Both the position numbers and the translations under genes were made by a program. Shown here one piece after another: positions 8,534-17,369 of a DNA stretch of 53,002 bases. The stretch is from a virus (Duplodnaviria > Caudoviricetes): positions 1-53,002 of IMG/VR virus record IMGVR_UViG_3300027881_000018, one strand, 5' to 3'. How positions within the stretch are numbered: position 1 is the stretch's first letter; each line of letters starts with the position of its first letter. The notes under the pieces are model-generated. The model searched no databases. It saw only the letters and a program-made list of their open reading frames with translations, and was not told the origin of the DNA.

Positions 8534-11086
8534 TCACGGCACCGGGTTCACGTGTCCGGCCAGCGGTACGCTCAGGTCGAACACGCCATTCAGCGGCACC
8601 TTACGGACTATAGTTCCACGGAGGCCAACTGAAAAGGCAGTCGCCGTCGTCAGCGCGAACCTGTTGAACGCGACTCCTGACAGCGACTTCTCGCCGTCGT
8701 TCTCCGGGCGTATGGCGAGCCTCGCCAGAATTGAGCCCGCCGCAGTCTTGCCGGTCGCGTCCGTCGCCCGCAGGGCCAGCGCCGTCCGGGTCGCGCCGAT
8801 CTTTGAGAATGCCGTGTCCGTGGTGGATCGCAGCGCCAGAGATACCTTGGACGCGGCGCTGAACCCGACGCTCAGTGCGGTACTCGCTCGGGCAGCCAGC
8901 GAGGCCACCGCCGCAGAGTCAATGATCTTGCTCGCCGCGCTGACCGACCTGAGCTGGACACGAGCGAGCGCGATCTGCGTCGCCGTCTTGGCGCTCGCCG
9001 CAGTAGAGCGAAGCGCGAGGCCAGCGGTGATCGACGCGTTGAATACAGACGCGACGGCACCGACCAGCGTAGATCTGAGCGCCAGAGAGGCGGCTACCGC
9101 AGCATCGAATGTCTTTTGTGCAGCCGTAGTAGCGCGTGCAGCAAGCGAGCTGATGGCGACCCCGACCCCGATCTTGGCGCCTTCCGTACTTGAGCGAAGC
9201 GCGAGACTAATCGACGATACGGCGTCAAATGCCGCGCCAACTGCGCCCTCGATTACGCCGCGTACCGCTAGGCTCGCCGCTGATATGCCGTCCGCGATCT
9301 TGGCCGCCGCAGAGCTGGCCCGCAGCGCCGTGCTTGCGCTCGTGGCCGATGCCGCTGTCTTAGCCGCATCAGTACTCTCGCGTGTCGCCATGCTGACAGC
9401 CGCCGTGCCGTCTGCCGCCTTATCGGCTGCCGAGAGTAGTCGCAGGGCAAGCCGGAAGGTGCTGACGAAACCGTGAGCAGTGACGCCCTCGACAAAAGTG
9501 CGTATGGCAAGGCCAGCGGCGGCAATCTGATCTGCGGTCTTGGCGGCTACCGCACTGGCCCGACTGGCGAGACTGGCGACGGATACGCCTGCGCCGGCCT
9601 TAGCGTCGGCTGTCGTGGCGCGAACTGCAATGTTATCAAGAATGGCAGACGAGGCGACCTTGTCTGCGTCGGTCGTCGAACGCGCAGCGAGGCGAGCGAT
9701 TACCGCCGCGTTGAAGGCCCGAACGCCGTCGATCAGGGCCCGCAGGCTGACGCTGACCGCACCCACGGCCGCGACCGTCTTCTGGTCCGCGCCGAATGGT
9801 CTGAGGGCGATGCTTCCCTGACCTGCAGCTACGGCACTCTTGGCCGCGCCGTTGCTCGGTCGGGTTGCCATGCTCGACTGCCCGATCTCAACGACCGTCT
9901 TGGCTCCGGCATCGATGGCGCGCATGGCTAGGCTTGCCAGCATCACCGCGTCGAAGGTCTGCGCCGACGGCTCGCGTATGGCGACGAAGGTTCGCTCGCG
10001 GCATATCCTTTGGTCGGTGGTTGCGCCCTCCCAGAATATCGTGAGGTCTTCGGTCGAGCCCGTCGTGGTGACGCGTACACCCGCACGAGTAGAGATGTCC
10101 GCGCTGTCGAGTGAGTTCTCGTTCTCGTTGCCGCGCTCGCTGTCCGTGACCAGCGTCCCGGCGACGCGGTTGCTGTAGGTAGCCAAGCCCGCTGGCGCAG
10201 TAATGTCGCCCCAGAACTGCGAGGACGTGAAGATCGTGAGGTACGTGTCGACTCCGGGGTCGGTGATAAGCATGTCGTCGATCTGCTTGTCGGTCGTGGT
10301 GCTGTCGGAGTCGTCGGCGGTTGCGCTGGCCTCGAAGATGTCGGCGCCGTCAGTGGGGACGATGTTCAGGGTACGTTCGGCGACTACTATCGTGCTGGTG
10401 TTTCCCTCCTCGCGGAACTCGATCTCAACGTCTTGGCTGCCGTTCGGGTTGATCTCGCAGGCGAGGCCCATGAACCACATATCGTCGGCAGCAGAACTCT
10501 CGTGTTCGTTCGTTCGCACGGTATGGGCGATAGGGGTGCCGCCAACCGTCACGCGGAACTGAGCCCGCGCGCCTGCGGGCCCCTCGTTGGAGCAGCTGAA
10601 CGTCAGTATGTACGCGCCGCTTGCGGGATCGGGGATTGACATCCCGACGAGCAGTGACCACGTGGACGAACTCGTTGAGTCGGTAGCCGTCGCGCTCGCC
10701 TCGAGGTCGGTGCCGACAATAGGGAACAGGCACATCTCCCGGTTGATCGCGACGAGCGGCGAGGTCGTACTCGTCGTGTCGTGCCGGATCTCTACGTCCT
10801 GCGAGCCATTCGGGTTGACCATGCAGGTCAGCATGACCGTTAGCGTCGTGTCATCGACGCTGGTGTCCTCGTCGAATATCCGCTCCGAGTGGTCTATGAC
10901 GCTGCCACCGACATAGACCAAGAAGTGCGTCCTGCCAGATGCGCCGGTCCCTATCTGACACTGAACCGTGGCGTGCAGCAGGTACTCGCCGGACGCAGGG
11001 TCCGTCAGGATCATGCCGTTGATTAGCGTCGGCGACGTAGAGTCGAGCGTGTCGCTGGCGGTCGCTTGGGCCCGCAGAATGGTCAT
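8534..11086 (-). CDS. Fibre-like protein: three tandem beta-sandwich head domains plus Ala-rich repeat stalk
   Basis: 850 aa; three ~125-aa N-terminal repeats; C-terminal half homologous to 1804..5058. Confidence 0.75.
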   Translation of the reverse strand: MTILRAQATASDTLDSTSPTLINGMILTDPASGEYLLHATVQCQIGTGASGRTHFLVYVGGSVIDHSERIFDEDTSVDDTTLTVMLTCMVNPNGSQDVEIRHDTTSTTSPLVAINREMCLFPIVGTDLEASATATDSTSSSTWSLLVGMSIPDPASGAYILTFSCSNEGPAGARAQFRVTVGGTPIAHTVRTNEHESSAADDMWFMGLACEINPNGSQDVEIEFREEGNTSTIVVAERTLNIVPTDGADIFEASATADDSDSTTTDKQIDDMLITDPGVDTYLTIFTSSQFWGDITAPAGLATYSNRVAGTLVTDSERGNENENSLDSADISTRAGVRVTTTGSTEDLTIFWEGATTDQRICRERTFVAIREPSAQTFDAVMLASLAMRAIDAGAKTVVEIGQSSMATRPSNGAAKSAVAAGQGSIALRPFGADQKTVAAVGAVSVSLRALIDGVRAFNAAVIARLAARSTTDADKVASSAILDNIAVRATTADAKAGAGVSVASLASRASAVAAKTADQIAAAGLAIRTFVEGVTAHGFVSTFRLALRLLSAADKAADGTAAVSMATRESTDAAKTAASATSASTALRASSAAAKIADGISAASLAVRGVIEGAVGAAFDAVSSISLALRSSTEGAKIGVGVAISSLAARATTAAQKTFDAAVAASLALRSTLVGAVASVFNASITAGLALRSTAASAKTATQIALARVQLRSVSAASKIIDSAAVASLAARASTALSVGFSAASKVSLALRSTTDTAFSKIGATRTALALRATDATGKTAAGSILARLAIRPENDGEKSLSGVAFNRFALTTATAFSVGLRGTIVRKVPLNGVFDLSVPLAGHVNPVP

Positions 11087-11088
11087 GG

Positions 11089-11553
11089 CTAGATGCTGGC
11101 GGTTCGGTCGATCACCCTCGCGACGAGTCGGGTCAGGTTCTTCAGCACAGCGTCCTTCTGCGCCGCGTCGAGGCTGTCCCAGTTCTGGAATCGGTCTATC
11201 AGGATGTCCTTGGCCGCGACGTCTGCCTGCTTGGCGATCTGAAGGTCTGACAACTGCGATCCGTCGTGCGCCGCGAGCAGGCCGTCGAGTATCGTCTCTT
11301 GTCCGGCATCAAGCGGCGGCTCGAAGTTGTAGCGAAGCTCCCCCGGATCGGCCTCGTCCTCGAAGTCCCCGCCCGCGGGGTTTGTCCGCCTCGCGATCAC
11401 CTGTCGGGTCGCGTTCGGCGTATGGAGTGCGTTGCCCTGTGCGGTGAAGCCCGCGAACAGCAGCCCGCCCGGTGGAAGGCCGAGCGCGTCGTGCTGCTGC
11501 TTGAGCAGCGCCGCGTTCAGATCCTTGACCGCGAACTTTATGAGCTGCGCCAC
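11089..11553 (-). CDS. Hypothetical protein (appendage module)
   Basis: 154 aa, tightly coupled to both neighbours. Confidence 0.65.
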   Translation of the reverse strand: MAQLIKFAVKDLNAALLKQQHDALGLPPGGLLFAGFTAQGNALHTPNATRQVIARRTNPAGGDFEDEADPGELRYNFEPPLDAGQETILDGLLAAHDGSQLSDLQIAKQADVAAKDILIDRFQNWDSLDAAQKDAVLKNLTRLVARVIDRTASI

Positions 11554-11951
11554 TACGGCGGCCCCGGTGGGTCATCCAGTATTGGCGGGTTCGGCCTCGC
11601 GGGATTGACCACTCGCAGCACTACGTTCGAGGCACGCGACTCCTGTCCCGCGGTGTCTACGTGCGTCGCGTGGCAGGTGTGGCTGCCGATGGTTAGGTTG
11701 CCGGTGATGTTCTGGTCGGCTCCGGCCTCGGTCGAGACCAGTACGCCGTCACAGTAGAGCCGCGTCTCCGCGATGTCCGCTAGTGCCAGTGGCGAGCCGT
11801 CAACGCGTTCCGTGGCGCGAATGTAGCTGAACCCTACAGTCTCAGCGTAGAGCCCGCCGCTGATGATGCCGAGCGCGATCAGTACCGAGATTGCCCACGC
11901 CTTACCGTGCCGCCAAGCCGAGACAGACTGGCGCTTGATCCACTTCCACAT
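11553..11951 (-). CDS. Secreted or membrane-anchored FN3-like protein
   Basis: N-terminal hydrophobic segment; DGSPL...ATHVDTAGQESRASN...PNPP FN3-type signature. Confidence 0.6.
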   Translation of the reverse strand: MWKWIKRQSVSAWRHGKAWAISVLIALGIISGGLYAETVGFSYIRATERVDGSPLALADIAETRLYCDGVLVSTEAGADQNITGNLTIGSHTCHATHVDTAGQESRASNVVLRVVNPARPNPPILDDPPGPP

Positions 11952-11981
11952 GATCTTCTCCGCTGCGTGACTGCGGCAAGT

Positions 11982-12371
11982 CTAACACCGGGGCGCGACC
12001 TTGAGTATGCCCTGATCGAACAGGCGCTCGAGCGTCAGACACAGCGCCTTCATCCTGATCGTCGCGTCCTTGCGGCACTCGTTGTCGATCGCGTGGTGGC
12101 ACACGTCGCAGAGGTGGGCGACCAGCCAGTCGTGGGTTTTCTGCCCGGTGCCAGCGGGCATCCCGTAGAATGATCCGGGCAGGTGCGCGGGCACGACGGT
12201 GTCGCGCTTCATCTCGCGCTCGCACAGGACGCAGAGCTGACCCCTCGCGGCGTCGAGTAGCTCTCGGCTGCGGAACCGCTTTATCTTGGCCTGTGGACCT
12301 GCGGCAATCCGCCGCCGTTTCCCTTGGTTAGCTTGTCGATCTCGCCGACCTGCTTCATGATCTGCCGACAT
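11982..12371 (-). CDS. DUF1364/YbcO-like HNH-type nuclease
   Basis: SRELLDAARGQLCVLC...TVVPAH...GTGQKTHD...AHLCDVCHHAID; start uncertain. Confidence 0.7.
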   Translation of the reverse strand: MSADHEAGRRDRQANQGKRRRIAAGPQAKIKRFRSRELLDAARGQLCVLCEREMKRDTVVPAHLPGSFYGMPAGTGQKTHDWLVAHLCDVCHHAIDNECRKDATIRMKALCLTLERLFDQGILKVAPRC

Positions 12372-12499
12372 ATTTCGTGCGCCTTGTCGATTGGAAAGCT
12401 CAGTGTACCGCCGCCGTGGATGTGCATTATCACGAACCAGCTATTGCCGTGCAGCTCGCGCCCGAAGCTGACCTCCTGCGGGGTGGCAATCTTAGCCAC
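12281..12499 (-). CDS. Hypothetical protein
   Basis: GTG start overlapping upstream stop region; 72 aa. Confidence 0.45.
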   Translation of the reverse strand: MAKIATPQEVSFGRELHGNSWFVIMHIHGGGTLSFPIDKAHEICRQIMKQVGEIDKLTKGNGGGLPQVHRPR

Positions 12500-12959
12500 T
12501 AGCCTTTTCCTCTCCCTGCTCCAACTCGGGCAGCGTGAGCTGGCGCTCGACGACCTCAAGCTCGACCGTGCCCTTGAGCCACTTGTGCAGCTCGACGATC
12601 TCGTTGCCGATCTCAATGCAGCGGATCGAAAGCTCGACCTGACACCTGCCGCCGTGTCTCGGCGTGATGCTTACCTTGCGAATGTCAGCGCCGGTCATCG
12701 TTATTGTTTTCTTACCGACGGTCATCGTCGCCGCCACGTTCTCGATGGTGTGCTGCACCTTTACCGGGTAGGTCTCCTGCAGAATCAGCGCGTCTCCGTG
12801 CCAGTACTCCTCGATGTCGGCTATCGCGGAGTCGAGCCGCTTGGCCTCCACGTCCGCTACGATCAGCTTAACGTCCACGGCCCTGACCAGATCGTCACCG
12901 TGGGCCTCCATCCTCAGGTTGACGTTCTTGATCTCGGCTGCGCTCTTGATTACAAACAT
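12492..12959 (-). CDS. Hypothetical phage protein
   Basis: MFVIKSAAEIKNVNLRMEAHGDD...; GAGGAG RBS. Confidence 0.7.
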   Translation of the reverse strand: MFVIKSAAEIKNVNLRMEAHGDDLVRAVDVKLIVADVEAKRLDSAIADIEEYWHGDALILQETYPVKVQHTIENVAATMTVGKKTITMTGADIRKVSITPRHGGRCQVELSIRCIEIGNEIVELHKWLKGTVELEVVERQLTLPELEQGEEKASG

Positions 12960-12972
12960 TTTTCTCTCCTCG

Positions 12973-13356
12973 TTACACCTCTGTGATGCGATAGCCCATT
13001 GCCTCCATGAGCGCCCGCTTGATCTTATAGACTTCTGTCCGGTGGCCCGACTGCATCTTGACGTCTTCGATGACGACCTCCTCGAGGACCAGATCAACGT
13101 AGCTGAAGTCTGCTACATAGGTAAGCTTGCGCCCGTTCGGGTATCCCTTGGATCGCATCAGCACGGTGATGCCGCCTATCTTGATCGGGTATCGCGGGTG
13201 CAGCTTGAGGCTCTCGATCTGACCGTACGCCAGCATGAGCTTCAGCTCTCCGTATCGGTTGGCCTCGTGCTGCGAGTCGAACCGGTGACCGTCCACGACC
13301 GGCTTCTTGACGTTGGCGTACCGACTCCGAAGGTGGTCTTTCAGCTTGGGTCTCAT
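12973..13356 (-). CDS. DUF1064 family PD-(D/E)XK nuclease
   Basis: VDGHRFDSQHEANRY...YVADFSY...VIEDVK...YKIKRALM. Confidence 0.85.
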   Translation of the reverse strand: MRPKLKDHLRSRYANVKKPVVDGHRFDSQHEANRYGELKLMLAYGQIESLKLHPRYPIKIGGITVLMRSKGYPNGRKLTYVADFSYVDLVLEEVVIEDVKMQSGHRTEVYKIKRALMEAMGYRITEV

Positions 13357-13538
13357 GGCTCGCCTCCGTTGCAGCGAATGTATCCGCGGTCGCTGTCGTT
13401 GATCTTGCTCGGGTTCGAGGTGCCCTCTGGCACCGTGCCGTATCCACCGCAGCGCGGGCAGAGGTCGTTGTTCACCTGCATCGTGACGCCGCTACGATTC
13501 TCCCCGCTGCCCTTGCAGAGCCTGCACTTCACGCTCAT
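13353..13538 (-). CDS. Small DnaJ-type zinc-finger protein
   Basis: CRLCKGSG...CPRCGGYG; ATGA overlaps at both ends. Confidence 0.6.
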   Translation of the reverse strand: MSVKCRLCKGSGENRSGVTMQVNNDLCPRCGGYGTVPEGTSNPSKINDSDRGYIRCNGGEP

Positions 13539-14128
13539 GCTGCCTTCCTCCGCGCTGCGGCCAGTACCCGATCGCCGAGCGACAGTCCGTAGGCCGCGTC
13601 GAGCCGCTTCACGAACAGCTCGGCCAGCTCGGCGCACACCTCGTTCGGCGTGATCTCCTCCGCAGCTATCGACACCCGGTATCCGGGCACGTAGTCCCGC
13701 ATCAGCTCGGCCTTGATCTTGAGCGCCAGCTTGGTGCTCGGTAGGCCGCCTGCGGTAAGTACGTACACGCGGAATACCCGTCCGATCAGAGACTCCTCCC
13801 ACGGCACCTCTGGCTCTGGCTCCTGCGACGGAGGCACGTAGCGCCCGGTGTCGGGCCTGCGCTCGTCCTTCTCGATCTCGTCCTCCCACCCCTCGTCGTA
13901 CCAGCGCATCGCGTTGATCCAGCTCGACGGGTGCGGAACCTTGCTCTTGTCCTTCGACCACCAGCGCAGCCGCGTCCGCTTCTTTACGTCGTCGATGGCG
14001 GCCTGCGCCATGTACATGTCGTCCTCGACGCCGTTCTTGGTCCACGCCCTGAACGCGAGCGGCTTGGCTACTTTGCGCGGGTACGCCTTCCAGAACTCCT
14101 CGAACTTCGGCGGGTACGCTTCAGCCAT
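13535..14128 (-). CDS. Phage replication-initiator C-terminal-like domain protein
   Basis: FEEFWKAYPRKVAK..AFRAW...VPHPSSWIN..RWYDE motif. Confidence 0.7.
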   Translation of the reverse strand: MAEAYPPKFEEFWKAYPRKVAKPLAFRAWTKNGVEDDMYMAQAAIDDVKKRTRLRWWSKDKSKVPHPSSWINAMRWYDEGWEDEIEKDERRPDTGRYVPPSQEPEPEVPWEESLIGRVFRVYVLTAGGLPSTKLALKIKAELMRDYVPGYRVSIAAEEITPNEVCAELAELFVKRLDAAYGLSLGDRVLAAARRKAA

Positions 14129-14291
14129 ACAGGTCCATCGCTTCGTTGTAGCAGTCGTCGCAGATCAGAACCAACGGCTCTGGTTTGTCTAGAAACCCAT
14201 TGTCATTTGCCTCGCGCATCGCGTCGTCGTCGGACCATTCCTTGTCGAATGTACCGCCGCACGCAGCGCACGTAAATTTGTCCTCAGCCAC
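14121..14291 (-). CDS. Small zinc-finger protein (56 aa)
   Basis: GTG-AEDKFTCAACGGTF...LICDDCY; overlaps neighbours. Confidence 0.55.
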   Translation of the reverse strand: MAEDKFTCAACGGTFDKEWSDDDAMREANDNGFLDKPEPLVLICDDCYNEAMDLYG

Positions 14292-14511
14292 TTTCGCGCT
14301 CCAGCAGCAGCCGGTACGCCTCGTTCAGCGCGAGCCGGTAGCTCGACGGGTGCGTGGCACTGGTCTCTGGCATCGTCGGAATCCTTGCTATGGTGGCGCG
14401 GCAGATGTGGCCGCCGCCGATCAGGACACTCGGCACGAGCCGGACGTCGTACTGGTCGTCGTACCGCCGTCTCAGCTCGCACATAATCTCGTTGATCGTC
14501 ATGTCAGCCAT
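14284..14511 (-). CDS. Hypothetical protein
   Basis: 75 aa in a tightly packed operon. Confidence 0.55.
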   Translation of the reverse strand: MADMTINEIMCELRRRYDDQYDVRLVPSVLIGGGHICRATIARIPTMPETSATHPSSYRLALNEAYRLLLERESG

Positions 14512-14692
14512 ACTGGACGATCCACAGCAGCGCCTCGATCACCCACTTGGTTATGACCACGGCACCGACGCCGAAGCAGGCAAGGAAAACCAGCGGCAGG
14601 AACCAGCTGCACCACTCTGGCAGCCTCAGCCACGGCGGCTCGGGTATCAGCTCAGCCTGCTGGTCCTCGAAGCGTTCGGGATAGTCAGTCAG
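14504..14692 (-). CDS. Small membrane protein, probable CTG start
   Basis: GGAGG-N7-CTG then TDYPERF...WFLPLVFLACFGVGAVVITKWVIEALLWIVQYG; fills the gap in the operon. Confidence 0.45.
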   Translation of the reverse strand: MTDYPERFEDQQAELIPEPPWLRLPEWCSWFLPLVFLACFGVGAVVITKWVIEALLWIVQYG

Positions 14693-14805
14693 CTGGTGGC
14701 CTCCATTTACAGTTGGGGCAGAACCAATACCAACCGCCGCCGGTCTTCGGGCGACCCTTCAGCGTAGTTCCGCACTCGGCACACTTGTCTTTTCTCGCGC
14801 CTTGG

Positions 14806-15120
14806 TTAGACACGACCACACTCCGGGCAATTTTCGACGCCTATCTCTTTTCGGATAACGGTTTTGCCAGTTCCATGACATTCAGGGCACGTATCTGGCG
14901 GCAGTCCTTCCGAGGCGGGCTCCATTTCGTCTGCAACGACGCCGCCAACAAATAAAGCCATTTCCGGCTCAAGTTCGCTGGTATCAGCTATTGTCCAAAG
15001 CTCGCAGATCGCGGCTCGCAGGCGTTCGCCTTCACAAGACTGTGCCGTATATAGCCTTTTCCAATATTGCGCTCGTGATTCTGCCATTTTCAATGCCCTC
15101 GATTTGAATATGAGTGCCAT
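14806..15120 (-). CDS. Hypothetical protein with C-terminal CPEC..CPEC zinc finger
   Basis: 104 aa. Confidence 0.55.
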   Translation of the reverse strand: MALIFKSRALKMAESRAQYWKRLYTAQSCEGERLRAAICELWTIADTSELEPEMALFVGGVVADEMEPASEGLPPDTCPECHGTGKTVIRKEIGVENCPECGRV

Positions 15121-15354
15121 TTAATCCCGTTCCTCTAATACCCGCTCCTTTTCGCTCGGCCAATCATTCGACTCTATGGGCGTGGCTATCAAGAGAGCGC
15201 CATCTATATATGTCTGCACGGTCAGAAACATCCGGCACCCGCCAAGTTGCAGAAACCATTCGTCGTCGTCCATTTGTTCAAAATGAAACTTACCTTCACC
15301 GACAATTTCATCAAGTGTCTTAAATTCGTCATCATTTAGCCGTATTTCAATCAT
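15121..15354 (-). CDS. Hypothetical protein
   Basis: 77 aa, AT-richer. Confidence 0.5.
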   Translation of the reverse strand: MIEIRLNDDEFKTLDEIVGEGKFHFEQMDDDEWFLQLGGCRMFLTVQTYIDGALLIATPIESNDWPSEKERVLEERD

Positions 15355-15392
15355 CAGGAGCCCGCCTTGTCTGGACGGGATCGTAAATCCAC

Positions 15393-15674
15393 TTATTCAT
15401 TCCAAGGCCCGTCTCTATCAGTCGGCTCCAAGACAAAATCGGCGTCTTTGTTGCGATAACGCTCACCAACTGAGTCATCGTCCACAATATCGTCTTGTCC
15501 ATGTAACGTGGACAGCGCTGTATCCGCAACTATGAAAAATTGATACCCAATATCTCCCTCTCTGTATCGTTCCTTAGCATAGGTGCGAATATCCGACAAA
15601 GCGGTTACAAGCAACGTCAAATCTCGCACAGCTCGCTTCAATTCATCATGTTCATTGTATGGAACCCAATTCAT
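15393..15674 (-). CDS. Hypothetical protein
   Basis: 93 aa, ATGA coupled. Confidence 0.55.
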   Translation of the reverse strand: MNWVPYNEHDELKRAVRDLTLLVTALSDIRTYAKERYREGDIGYQFFIVADTALSTLHGQDDIVDDDSVGERYRNKDADFVLEPTDRDGPWNE

Positions 15675-15982
15675 TTCTGCTCCCGTTCGGGCTGATCAGG
15701 GGCAGGGCCGGGAGCGTGACGTTTGCAAACCGTCGTTTTGGAGATACGACATTCACACCCTTGATCCGGCCCTGCGTGGTCATCTTTCGGCTCTGGCATC
15801 AGGCTGTCAAGGTGGCAGTTCCAGCATCGGGCCGTCCTGTCCGGATCTCGGCTGCGCTTGCGGAACTCGGTGTGACCGCAGGATAGCGTCAGCTCGACGC
15901 AGCCGGTGTATCTCGGAAAGCCCTTCGGCCTGTAGTAGCGACGGGCGACGATCTCGCGCATCGGCCAGTTGTTCGTTCTCAT
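15671..15982 (-). CDS. Cys/His-rich hypothetical protein
   Basis: LSCGH...CWNC; GGAGG RBS. Confidence 0.55.
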   Translation of the reverse strand: MRTNNWPMREIVARRYYRPKGFPRYTGCVELTLSCGHTEFRKRSRDPDRTARCWNCHLDSLMPEPKDDHAGPDQGCECRISKTTVCKRHAPGPAPDQPEREQK

Positions 15983-16302
15983 ATCAGCCTCCCCTGCTCG
16001 GGCTCGGCCCTGACCCGCAGCGTCCAGCAGTACTCCGGGTGGCCGTACGGACCGCTGATCTGTATGTCGGTCTTGGTCAGCAGGCTGGCGTTGGTCAGGT
16101 TGGTGATCGCCCGCCTGATGCTGGTGATCGGCGCGCCCGTCAGGTTCAGGTATTGCCGCACCTGCGACGGCGTGTACTGCATCCCCGGGCGGCTCGCGAA
16201 GTACTCGTAGATCAACTCCTCCTGAGACTTCGCCTGATGCTCGCGTCGGTCACGCAGCGCCCCGGTCGCCCCGGTCGTATTGTAGTAGCTGCCGCTACCC
16301 AC
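15979..16302 (-). CDS. Winged-HTH DNA-binding protein
   Basis: YTPSQV...PITSIRRAITNLTNASLLTKT...GPYGHPEYCW. Confidence 0.65.
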   Translation of the reverse strand: MGSGSYYNTTGATGALRDRREHQAKSQEELIYEYFASRPGMQYTPSQVRQYLNLTGAPITSIRRAITNLTNASLLTKTDIQISGPYGHPEYCWTLRVRAEPEQGRLI

Positions 16303-16759
16303 TGGACTCTTCGCGTCTGCTCTCCTTGTACGCGATCAGCGAGTCCCTGTGGTGCAGAAGTTTATTTGCTGATCGCTCCATTCTCGTCGCGTTGTAGTCG
16401 ATCTCTGCGTCGGTCAGGTGCTCAAGAAGGATGTATTCCGAGTCCCTGCCGCCGCCGCGCTTAGTCGGATAGCGAGTCTGCAGGTCTGGGAAAAGTGGGT
16501 GCTGCTCTACTGTATCGTCCGTGTCCTCCTCGTCCGTCGGGTCGAACTTGTGCCGCAAAATATCGCGAGCGGCATGTCGGCACTGAAGGTTACAGCCCCA
16601 AGCGACTACGACTGGCGCGGCCGCCTTCTTATCCAGTGTCTTCATTGCCTCACTGGCTACGGCAGCAGGCCCGATGCCTATATCTCCCCCGTGTCCTAAT
16701 ACTGCCTCTCGGCAGGCCGCGTAAATAAGCTCGGTCAGCGAATGTCTTTTATTTGCCAT
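16295..16759 (-). CDS. Hypothetical protein
   Basis: 154 aa, GGAG RBS. Confidence 0.65.
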   Translation of the reverse strand: MANKRHSLTELIYAACREAVLGHGGDIGIGPAAVASEAMKTLDKKAAAPVVVAWGCNLQCRHAARDILRHKFDPTDEEDTDDTVEQHPLFPDLQTRYPTKRGGGRDSEYILLEHLTDAEIDYNATRMERSANKLLHHRDSLIAYKESRREESSG

Positions 16760-17369
16760 TTGAATCTCCGTTTATCGCCCGTAGAAAATCACGTACTGCT
16801 GGCGCAAGGCGTCGGGCGTCTGCCGCCATGGTGTCAGTCATCAGTTCAATAAGTTCGGCCACGTCTCGGGAAAATATGTCGCGCCGCTCGAAGTCTCGGA
16901 GCCTGCCCCACAACCACAGCGCATCTGAATCCATCGCGGTCTCACTGTCGCCAGACTTGCGCAGTACGCCGGTTGTCGATGGCTTGTCGGAACCACTGAT
17001 CGCGCTCTCGAACTGGTCGTCAGATATTGCGGCCAGCCTCTGCCACCTGCTCGATTGACCCTTGCTGATGCCGAGGGCATCGAGAGTTGACGCGGTATCA
17101 TTGCGTGACCGCGTGGTGCCTCTATTTGTGCCCGGCTCTCGTGCCCCTTTCGCTTTCTCCATATCAGCCAGCAGCGCACCGGCCTTCCGCTCGGCTCGCA
17201 CGCGAATGTCAGCGCACTGATGCTCTGCGTCCGTGTTCATTGCGACCTGCGCGTACTTCTCAAACGCGAGCGCCCTGTCTCTGATGTCCTTGATCTCGTC
17301 GATGTCGTAGCAGACGGCGATCGCGTGAATCATCGCGTCGTACTTGATCAGCCCGGTTTCAGTCGTCAA
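16749..17369 (-). CDS. Protein with the N-terminal domain commonly fused to phage MT-A70 methylases
   Basis: KYDAM...DEIKDIRDRA...IRVRAERKAGALL...TLDALGISKGQSSRWQRLA; no DPPW catalytic motif. Confidence 0.6.
   Translation of the reverse strand: MTTETGLIKYDAMIHAIAVCYDIDEIKDIRDRALAFEKYAQVAMNTDAEHQCADIRVRAERKAGALLADMEKAKGAREPGTNRGTTRSRNDTASTLDALGISKGQSSRWQRLAAISDDQFESAISGSDKPSTTGVLRKSGDSETAMDSDALWLWGRLRDFERRDIFSRDVAELIELMTDTMAADARRLAPAVRDFLRAINGDSNGK

Noticed and set aside
1804-9900. Similar DNA in the two fibre genes as DGR template/variable repeats
   Set aside because: No reverse transcriptase; both copies are coding; differences do not look adenine-specific
1793-10916. Many long + strand ORFs opposite the Ala-rich genes
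   Set aside because: Antisense shadows of GC-rich repetitive codons; no RBS or coupling
16749-17369. MT-A70 DNA methyltransferase call
   Set aside because: Only the associated N-terminal domain is present; catalytic motif absent
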